13,599 nt of DNA from a bacterium. GTDB lineage: Bacteria > Sysuimicrobiota > Sysuimicrobiia > Sysuimicrobiales > Kaftiobacteriaceae. The notes under the pieces were generated by a model that did not search any database, was not told the DNA's origin, and was given only the letters and a program-made list of their open reading frames with translations. The stretch covers positions 1-13,599 of the forward strand of contig JBIOWP010000160.1 of the NCBI GenBank assembly GCA_044868695.1, read 5' to 3'. Shown here one piece after another: positions 7,457 to 13,599 of this stretch. The position numbers were made by a program, and so were the translations under genes. Each line of letters begins with the position of its first letter. Position 1 is the stretch's first letter.

Positions 7457-9301
7457 GTGAGACCTACGGTCGGTGCGTTTGTCGCATGGATACTGGCTGG
7501 GGTTCTGGTGGGTGGTCTCGTAACCCAGACCACCGCCCCGGCCGGCGCACAGCTCCTCTCAGATCGAATCGGCAACGAGGTTCTCTCGCGCGCGGTGGCC
7601 GTCGAGCTGGGAGAAGTGGCTCCAGGATTGAAGGAGCTCCCGCTCTCCGCGGGTTCGACGTACGCGGCCCTGCAGGCGTCCGGCGCGCTCGAGCAGCGCG
7701 CCAACCTGCAGCCGGGCAGCGGCCTTCCGCGCCCGATCTCCAAGCACGGGACCCAGGGCTGTCAAAACCGATATGAGGGCGGCGGGCCCGGTGGTACCAA
7801 CATCCGTGTGAACCAGGACTGTTCGCTCCGCCGGCAGGCCGAGGAAGTGGTGGTCGTTAATCCGCTTGATGACAGCAACCTGGTCGCCGGCGCCAACGAC
7901 TCGCGGATCGGCTTCAATCACTGCAGCTACGCCTGGTCGTTCGACGGGGGCAAGACGTGGGGCGACCAGACTCCGCCGTTCTGGCAGTTCCAGCTTGGCG
8001 ACGGCCACACATCGGACGCCTGCAGCGATCCGACGGCAACCTTTGACACACAGGGCAATGTGTACGTCGCGGGGATCATCTTCGGCGCTGCGGCCACGAC
8101 CTTCGCAAACGCGATCGTGGTCGCCAAGTCGAATGCCCCCATCGGCGGTGCCTTCTACCACTCGCCCCGCGTCCAGTCGTTCCAGACCTTCCGGACGCTG
8201 CCCCTCGGCGTCGTGGCGAACGACAACAACCCGCTCATTTTCAACGACAAGGAATTCATCGTCGCCGACGCCAACGCCGGCAGCCCGAAGAAGGACAACG
8301 TCTACGTTACCTGGACCCGGTTTTCCGGGGTCAGCGTCACCCAGGACAGCCCGATCTTCTTCAGCCAGTCCACCAACGGCGGGGATACCTGGTCCGCGGG
8401 GATCGAGATTAGCGGCTCGAACCCGACGGTCTGCACGTTCCCCGTCCCGGGTCCTTGCAACGACGACCAGGGGTCGCACCCGATCGTGGGCCCGGACGGG
8501 ACGATCTACGTTATCTTCGGGAACGCGAACACTCCGCTCGCCGGGATCAACCAGATCCTGTTTGTGAAGTGCCCGCCTTTGGCAAATTGCGCGAACGCTT
8601 CGAGCTGGACGGCGCCTGTGAAGATCAATGACCTGATCGGCACGCACCCGATCGGGGATGCTGGCAACTCCGGCGGGTGCCCGAGCGGACGACAGTGCCT
8701 GCCGCCGAACGGCTACCGGGTGCCCGAGTTTACATCTATGTCACTCTCGATCGACCAGGCCGGGAGGCTCTACGCCATCTGGTCAGACTTTCGCAACGGC
8801 GACGATGCGGGAAGCACCTGTGGACCCTTCGGTGCGTGGTCCACGCGCACGCCGCCGTGCAACAACGACGTGTTCTACTCGTTCTCTACGACCGGCGGAG
8901 CATCGTGGAGCGCGGCCGTTAACGTCGCGCCCGCATCAGTGTTCGGCCCCACGGCCCAGTGGCAGCCGTGGAGCAAGGTCACCCGTTCTGGCGTGTTGTA
9001 CGTCGCCTACTACGACCGCTTCTACGGCAACTGCGAGTTCACCGGATGCAACGACATTACCCTGGCGACCGTGACGAACGCCGCGTCTGCGCTGGCGACG
9101 ATCTCCTACAAGCGGATCACGACCGCGTCGATGCCGAACCTCATTCCGGCCAACAACCCGCTCCAGGCCGGCTTCCTCGGCGACTACATGTGGGTCGACG
9201 TGGACAGCAAGGGCCTTCCGCTCATCGTCTGGGCGGACACGCGGGGGCTTGACGGAACGGTCGAAGAGGACATCTACTTCGCAAGGCCGTTCACGCCGTA
9301 G
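7457..9301 (+). CDS. Secreted BNR/Asp-box (sialidase-like) beta-propeller protein (614 aa)
   Basis: GTG start after strong SD taaggagg (7441-7448). Signal peptide ending APAGA|Q. Asp-boxes SFDGGKTW, STNGGDTW and STTGGASW, plus motifs SDP, NDKE, YVTWT, WQPW, GFLGDY and VWADTR. 14 Cys. True sialidase activity is not established. Confidence 0.8.
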   Translation: MRPTVGAFVAWILAGVLVGGLVTQTTAPAGAQLLSDRIGNEVLSRAVAVELGEVAPGLKELPLSAGSTYAALQASGALEQRANLQPGSGLPRPISKHGTQGCQNRYEGGGPGGTNIRVNQDCSLRRQAEEVVVVNPLDDSNLVAGANDSRIGFNHCSYAWSFDGGKTWGDQTPPFWQFQLGDGHTSDACSDPTATFDTQGNVYVAGIIFGAAATTFANAIVVAKSNAPIGGAFYHSPRVQSFQTFRTLPLGVVANDNNPLIFNDKEFIVADANAGSPKKDNVYVTWTRFSGVSVTQDSPIFFSQSTNGGDTWSAGIEISGSNPTVCTFPVPGPCNDDQGSHPIVGPDGTIYVIFGNANTPLAGINQILFVKCPPLANCANASSWTAPVKINDLIGTHPIGDAGNSGGCPSGRQCLPPNGYRVPEFTSMSLSIDQAGRLYAIWSDFRNGDDAGSTCGPFGAWSTRTPPCNNDVFYSFSTTGGASWSAAVNVAPASVFGPTAQWQPWSKVTRSGVLYVAYYDRFYGNCEFTGCNDITLATVTNAASALATISYKRITTASMPNLIPANNPLQAGFLGDYMWVDVDSKGLPLIVWADTRGLDGTVEEDIYFARPFTP

Positions 9302-9319
9302 GGCAGGGAGGACGGAATG

Positions 9320-9361
9320 AAAAAGGGAGAGGGGAGACCCGGACCTACGCTCCCCTCTCCC
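9320..9361 (-). terminator. Rho-independent terminator between convergent genes (best fit on the minus strand)
   Basis: Perfect 12-bp stem gggagaggggag (9325-9336) / ctcccctctccc (9350-9361), 13-nt loop. A5 at 9320-9324 gives a U-tract on the minus strand. Confidence 0.8.
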
Positions 9362-9372
9362 GCTTGCGAAAT

Positions 9373-9549
9373 TCAGATGTTGTGGTCGGCCCAGTACAGT
9401 AGCTGGCGTCCCAACAGGGCCGCCAGGGCGCCGGCTACAACCCAGGCAAACATGGGGAGCGCCGGGGGCGCCACTTTGATGTTCCGCTCCTGGAACAGCC
9501 CCCTTGCGCTGGGAAATAGGTCTTCCAGACGAGCCAGGTCCTGCACCAT
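9373..9549 (-). CDS. Small hypothetical protein with one C-terminal TM helix (58 aa)
   Basis: MVQDLARLEDLFPSARGLFQERNIKVAPPALPMFAWVVAGALAALLGRQLLYWADHNI. ATG at 9549 follows a G-rich SD-like ggggtggtgggg. It is flanked by a sigma54-like promoter and a terminator. The track's TTG start at 9579 falls inside the -12 element. Confidence 0.65.
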   Translation of the reverse strand: MVQDLARLEDLFPSARGLFQERNIKVAPPALPMFAWVVAGALAALLGRQLLYWADHNI

Positions 9550-9574
9550 CCCCACCACCCCCACTACCAAATAG

Positions 9575-9591
9575 AGCAACCTGCGTGCCGA
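9575..9591 (-). promoter_or_regulatory. Putative sigma54 (RpoN) -24/-12 promoter
   Basis: The minus strand reads TCGGCACG-CAGG-TTGCT against consensus YTGGCACG-N4-TTGCW: one mismatch, exact GG-N10-GC spacing. It is intergenic, with predicted +1 near 9564, ~15 nt before ATG 9549. Confidence 0.65.
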
Positions 9592-9598
9592 GAACAGG

Positions 9599-9620
9599 GC
9601 ATTTTGTGGCCATTCTGTGG
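9599..9620. repeat. 11-bp tandem direct repeat upstream of the sigma54-like promoter
   Basis: gcattttgtgg (9599-9609) and ccattctgtgg (9610-9620), 9 of 11 identical. Confidence 0.55.
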
Positions 9621-9639
9621 GTTTTCTTGAGAGGTGGGG

Positions 9640-10578
9640 CTACTTGATCTTGTAGAAGAGAACGCCTTTTCTGCGGGTGACCGCCAGCCGCTTTTCCTCG
9701 GTCAGCAGGTCGAGGTGGCCGATCACTTCCGAGCAGGCCAGGATGAGGTTGAAGTCGTCCAGCGATTGGTACATTTCCTGGCAGATTGCGGCGACCGGTT
9801 TTGCGGTGCGTCTGATCGAGCCGGCGACCTCCTCTTTCCGCTGCTCATGGTGGGTGATGAGTTCGCGCGCCCGGGCGCTCGGGTTGGCGACCGGCCCGCC
9901 GTGGCCGGGGTGGGCGACCTCGCAGTTGAGCAGCAGCACCCGCCGCAGCGACTGTAGGTACTGCGGCAGCGTCGGGATGCGTTTGCCGTCCCGCGCGAAC
10001 TCCACGATCGGGTTGGGGCTGACGTCTTCCAGCAGCAGGTCTCCGGCGATAAGCACGCCCTCTTCGTGATAGAACGAGACGTGGCCGAGCGAGTGCCCCG
10101 GCGTGTGCAAGGTCCGGAGGCGCTCGCCGCCCAGGGGCAGGTGCTCGCCGTCCACCAGGGGTTTGGGTTTGGGGACCGGATCCAGATGCTCGCGCAGAGT
10201 CCGGAGCCGTTCCCCCAGTCCCTGCATGTAGGTCGCGGGGAGTCCGGCCTGGGCGCAGAAGGTCCGCAGCGGCTGCTCCGGCCACCGCTGCGCCCCGGCT
10301 TTCGCCCGGTCGGCTTCGTGAAGGTAGACCTCCGCGCCGCTGCGCTGAGCCGCCCACGCCGCGTTGCCGAAGTGGTCGACGTGTCCGTGCGTCAGCAGGA
10401 TGCGGCGGATGTCCGTCAGGCGGTGGCCCGCGGCGCGGACGCCAGACTCCAGCGCCGCCTGCGCTTCCGGACTCTTCGGGCCGGCATCGACCAGGGTCAG
10501 CGGATCGCCGGTCAGCAGGTAGGCGTTGACGGTACCGACAGGAAAGGGCGTGGGGATCTCGATACGGTGAAGCTGCAT
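9640..10578 (-). CDS. MBL-fold metallo-hydrolase with C-terminal winged-helix-like domain
   Basis: PTPFPVGTVNAYL, LVDAG, THGHVDHFG (HxHxDH), HTPGHSLGH, AGD, HPGHG, HHEQR and EVIGHLDLL. Confidence 0.93.
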   Translation of the reverse strand: MQLHRIEIPTPFPVGTVNAYLLTGDPLTLVDAGPKSPEAQAALESGVRAAGHRLTDIRRILLTHGHVDHFGNAAWAAQRSGAEVYLHEADRAKAGAQRWPEQPLRTFCAQAGLPATYMQGLGERLRTLREHLDPVPKPKPLVDGEHLPLGGERLRTLHTPGHSLGHVSFYHEEGVLIAGDLLLEDVSPNPIVEFARDGKRIPTLPQYLQSLRRVLLLNCEVAHPGHGGPVANPSARARELITHHEQRKEEVAGSIRRTAKPVAAICQEMYQSLDDFNLILACSEVIGHLDLLTEEKRLAVTRRKGVLFYKIK

Positions 10579-10638
10579 GCATGAGTCTTATGCGCGCCGA
10601 GAGGAGTCCCTGCGCGCGCCGCGTAGGACTACGACACC

Positions 10639-11190
10639 ATGACCCTCGCCACGAGAGATCTCACGCTCGTCGCCCTGTTCGCCGTGGTGACGGCGGTCTG
10701 TGCCCAGTTGAGCCTGACGGTGCCGCTGCTGACCAGCGTCCCCTTCACGCTCCAGGTCTTCGGGGTGCTCATGGCCGGCGCGGTCCTGGGGGCGGCGCGC
10801 GGCGGGCTCAGCCAGGTCGTCTACCTCCTGCTCGGAGGCGTCGGTCTGCCTGTCTTTGCCGGGCTCACCGGCGGCCTAGGCGCTCTGGTGGGACCCACGG
10901 GCGGCTATCTGTGGGCATTTCCCCTGGCCGCATGGGTGACTGGGTGGGCGGCCGACCGGACAGGGAGGCGGGCGCGGAGCACCACGGTGTTGGGCATAGT
11001 CTATGCGGGAATGTTCGCAGGCATCGTTGCCATCTATCTCCTTGGCGTCATCGGCTTGTATGCGACCGGCGTCGCGCCGACCCTACGGGCCGCCGTCCGC
11101 ATCGGTGTGCTGCCGTTTGTCTGGTTCGATCTGGTCAAGGCGGTCCTCGCCGGGTTCGTCGCGCTGCGCTTGTATGGGGTGGTGCGCTAG
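10639..11190 (+). CDS. bioY: Biotin transporter BioY (ECF S-component)
   Basis: 183-aa hydrophobic protein with VPFTLQ, YLLLGGVGLPVFAG, GPTGGYL and PFVWFDLVKA. Confidence 0.95.
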   Translation: MTLATRDLTLVALFAVVTAVCAQLSLTVPLLTSVPFTLQVFGVLMAGAVLGAARGGLSQVVYLLLGGVGLPVFAGLTGGLGALVGPTGGYLWAFPLAAWVTGWAADRTGRRARSTTVLGIVYAGMFAGIVAIYLLGVIGLYATGVAPTLRAAVRIGVLPFVWFDLVKAVLAGFVALRLYGVVR

Positions 11191-11201
11191 TGTGGTATGA
11201 T
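11191..11201 (+). promoter_or_regulatory. Putative extended -10 (sigma70/sigmaA) promoter for the oxidoreductase operon
   Basis: TGTG-G-TATGAT against TRTGnTATAAT, directly after the bioY stop. No clear -35 at 17-bp spacing. Confidence 0.6.
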
Positions 11202-11230
11202 ACGTGTGCGGATCGAGACTACGGCGATGC

Positions 11231-11264
11231 GGCAGGCCTCTGGGGTTTCGACCGGAGGCCTGTC
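11231..11264 (+). other. Stable stem-loop in the bioY-korA intergenic region (no U-tract)
   Basis: ggcaggcctctgg (11231-11243) pairs with ccggaggcctgtc (11252-11264): 13 bp with two G-U pairs, loop ggtttcga. Confidence 0.6.
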
Positions 11265-11287
11265 CTATCGTCAGGAGGATCGCGGGC

Positions 11288-13168
11288 GTGATCATCAACC
11301 ACCTGAAACTCCTCGTCGGCGGCGTCCAGCTCCGGGACGGCGTCGTCACCGTTACCGACGTCCTGGGGCGCATCTTCAACCGCGCCGGGCTGTATGTGCT
11401 GGCGATGGAGCGCGGCTACGCGTCGACCATCTACGGGGCGCACCAGTATGACCCGATGGTGGTCGGCGAAGAGCCCCCGGTTTCCTGGGGCGATCCGCAG
11501 CTGGACATCCTCGTTGCGCTGGACTACGACAGCAACCCTGACGCGAAGGAACAACCCAACCGCGATACGGTCCTGCGCCACAGCAAATACCTGAAAGACG
11601 GCGGCGTGCTAGCGTACGACAGCAGCACCGGCGACGTGCCGGTCGAGGCGCTGGAACGGCGCGGCATCAAAGTCTTTCCTATTCCCGCGCGCATCATCGC
11701 CCGCGATGAGCTCAAGCGCGACGTGGTTAAGAACGTCGTCATGGTCGGCGCGCTGTTCCGCCTCCTGGAGTTCGACCGCGACACGACCCACCTGCGGGCG
11801 CTCCTCGAGGAACGGTTCCTGCGCAAGGGACGGGAAATCGTCGACCTCAACTTGAAGGCGGCGCAGCGCGGGCTGGAAGTGGTGGAAACCATCTTCAAGG
11901 CAAAGGAGTGGACGAGCGCCGGATATCGTCTGGAGCCGCGGCCGGTCAAGGAGTCGCGTGTTCTGCTGTCCGGGAACGACGCGCTGTCCATGGGAGCGAT
12001 CCGCGCCGGCTGCCGGTTCTACGCCGGGTACCCGATTACGCCGGCCTCCGCCATCCTCGAGTTCATGGAAGAGCACCTGCCCAAGTACGGCGGGCGAGCT
12101 CTGCAGGGTCAAAATGAGCGCGAGTCCATCCGCGCGGCGATCGGCGCGGCCATCGCGGGCGTGCGCTCGATGGTCGGCACGTCTGGGCCTGGGCTCTCGT
12201 TGAAGGTGGAGGAGTTCGGGGTGTCCGGCGTCGCCGAGGTCCCGCTGGTCATCGTTGACACCCAGCGCGCCGGACCGTCGACCGGCATGCCGACGAAGAG
12301 CGAGCAGGGCGACCTCTTTCTGGTGGCCTACGGCGGGCACGGTGAGATTCCGCGGATCGTGCTGGCGCCGGCGACGCAGGAAGAGTGCTACACGATGATG
12401 ATCGAGGCGCACAATCTGGCCGACAAGTATCAGTGCCCGGTATTCTTTCTCACCGACCTCAACCTGTCGGAAGGGCGCAAGGTCGTTCCCGAGTCGTTCT
12501 TCCTGCAGCAGCCGGCGCGGGTGGACCGCAGCAGCCTGGTGCGCAAGGCCGACCTGCAGCGCGACGGGCCCTACAAGCGCTTTGCGCTCACCCCGACCGG
12601 GATCTCGCCGCGGCTGGTGCCCGGGACCGTGGGCGGGGTGTTCAAGATCACGGGCTCCGAACACGACGAGCGCGGGTTCGTCAGCACCGATCCCGCCACC
12701 CGCAAGGCGATGATGGAGAAGCGCGCGCGCAAGATGGACGTCTACCTCCAGCAGGACGCAAAACCGCCGCAGGTGTTCGGCAAGCCCGATGGCAAACCGG
12801 TCCTCGTGGGATGGGGCAGCACCCGGCCGTTGCTGCTGGATGCGCAGCAGCAGCTCCGCGCGGGCGGCATCGACGCCGCCGTCGTACACTTCACCTACCT
12901 GTGGCCGTTCAACACCGCCGCCGCGAAGCCGCTGCTGGAGAAGGCGTCGGCCGTCATCTCCGTCGAGCAGAACTACAGCGGGCAGTTCGCCGACGTCATC
13001 CAAACCTACTGCCTCGTGCCGGTGCGGCGCATCGTGAAGTACAACGGCCTGCCGATCTATCCGTCGGACGTCGTCGGCGGCGTCCAGCACATCCTCCGCA
13101 ACGGCGTCGTACACGTCCGGGTGGGCACCGAGGCGCCCTCGCCGGTCAAAGTGTCTGAGGGAGACTGA
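11288..13168 (+). CDS. korA: 2-oxoacid:ferredoxin (acceptor) oxidoreductase alpha subunit, gamma-alpha fusion type (626 aa); substrate uncertain
   Basis: SD aggagg at 11273-11278 supports GTG 11288 rather than 11204. Motifs LSGNDA, YAGYPITPAS, TSGPGLSL, QRAGPSTGMPTKSEQGD, GGHGE, GSEHDERG, GWGST and VEQNYSGQF. The gene symbol is a family label only. Confidence 0.92.
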   Translation: MIINHLKLLVGGVQLRDGVVTVTDVLGRIFNRAGLYVLAMERGYASTIYGAHQYDPMVVGEEPPVSWGDPQLDILVALDYDSNPDAKEQPNRDTVLRHSKYLKDGGVLAYDSSTGDVPVEALERRGIKVFPIPARIIARDELKRDVVKNVVMVGALFRLLEFDRDTTHLRALLEERFLRKGREIVDLNLKAAQRGLEVVETIFKAKEWTSAGYRLEPRPVKESRVLLSGNDALSMGAIRAGCRFYAGYPITPASAILEFMEEHLPKYGGRALQGQNERESIRAAIGAAIAGVRSMVGTSGPGLSLKVEEFGVSGVAEVPLVIVDTQRAGPSTGMPTKSEQGDLFLVAYGGHGEIPRIVLAPATQEECYTMMIEAHNLADKYQCPVFFLTDLNLSEGRKVVPESFFLQQPARVDRSSLVRKADLQRDGPYKRFALTPTGISPRLVPGTVGGVFKITGSEHDERGFVSTDPATRKAMMEKRARKMDVYLQQDAKPPQVFGKPDGKPVLVGWGSTRPLLLDAQQQLRAGGIDAAVVHFTYLWPFNTAAAKPLLEKASAVISVEQNYSGQFADVIQTYCLVPVRRIVKYNGLPIYPSDVVGGVQHILRNGVVHVRVGTEAPSPVKVSEGD

Positions 13169-13172
13169 GGCG

Positions 13173-13599
13173 ATGCCCGAAGGATCGGCCGCACCACAAA
13201 AAATCTCAGCCAAGACGTGGGACGAAAACGCGGTCCCGCGCCACCGCATCCAGTGGTGTCCGGGGTGCGGCGACTTCGGGGTGCTGGCGGCGGTGAAGAT
13301 GGCACTGACCAAGCTCGAGGTCACGCCCGCCGACGTGCTGATGGTGGGCGGAATCGGCTGCTCCGGGCAGATCCGCAATTACCTGAACGGGAACGCCTTC
13401 CACGGGACGCACGGGGGCGCGCTGGCCTACGCGCTGGGGGCCAAAATGGCCAACCCAGACCTGAAGGTGATCACCCTGGCCGGCGACGGCGACACGTTCG
13501 CCATCGGCGTGGAGAACTTCGTCCACATCTGCCGGCGCGATCCCGAGGTCGTGCTGGTCATCATGGACAACGGCGTGTACGGGCTGACCAAAGGCCAGC
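13173..13599 (+). CDS. korB: 2-oxoacid:ferredoxin oxidoreductase beta subunit (TPP and [4Fe-4S] binding), 3'-partial
   Basis: Absent from the ORF track because it has no stop in the window. Manual translation: MPEGSAAPQK...WCPGCGDFG...GGIGCSGQ...HGTHGGA...AGDGDTFAIG...DNGVYGLTKGQ. It starts 4 nt after the alpha stop. The gene symbol is a family label only. Confidence 0.93.
   Translation, partial: MPEGSAAPQKISAKTWDENAVPRHRIQWCPGCGDFGVLAAVKMALTKLEVTPADVLMVGGIGCSGQIRNYLNGNAFHGTHGGALAYALGAKMANPDLKVITLAGDGDTFAIGVENFVHICRRDPEVVLVIMDNGVYGLTKGQ

Noticed and set aside
7457..9301. Calling the BNR protein a true GH33 sialidase
   Set aside because: Asp-boxes are structural and occur in many families. 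No N-terminal FRIP motif or Arg triad could be identified by eye.
9373..9642. TAG read-through fusing the MBL hydrolase to the in-frame downstream membrane ORF
   Set aside because: An in-frame arrangement has a 1-in-3 chance. The intervening DNA is better explained as a promoter, the MBL protein already ends naturally, and there is no sign of recoding machinery.
9640..10578. Calling the MBL-fold protein an antibiotic-resistance beta-lactamase
   Set aside because: It has no signal peptide and carries HxHxDH, a bridging Asp and a C-terminal extension typical of cytoplasmic MBL-fold hydrolases.
1..13599. CRISPR array, IS/integrase, tRNA or rRNA
   Set aside because: No regularly spaced repeats, transposase or recombinase motifs, or RNA-gene signatures were seen. 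Intergenic gaps are short and accounted for.

Overview
High-GC bacterial genomic window. It contains, in order: (1) a long Lhr-family SF2 DEIH helicase (+) whose 5' end is missing and replaced by a diverged, inverted copy of the same gene (1-317 is the reverse complement of 366-682, about 85% nt identity by hand count, mostly synonymous changes), so the first ~105 aa of the 1492-aa track ORF are antisense junk and the Walker A motif is lost; (2) a Crp/Fnr-family regulator with non-canonical ligand-pocket and recognition-helix residues; (3) a structured intergenic region ending in a strong intrinsic terminator only 37 nt before the next start codon; (4) two ~610-aa secreted, Cys-rich predicted beta-propeller proteins (an LVIVD-like His-motif protein and a BNR/Asp-box sialidase-like protein); (5) on the minus strand, an MBL-fold hydrolase and a 58-aa single-TM protein with a near-consensus sigma54 promoter; (6) a solitary bioY; (7) the alpha and (3'-truncated) beta subunits of a 2-oxoacid:ferredoxin oxidoreductase with several atypical motif substitutions. 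No rRNA, tRNA, CRISPR array or mobile element was seen. All family calls rest on motif recognition by eye, not database searches.
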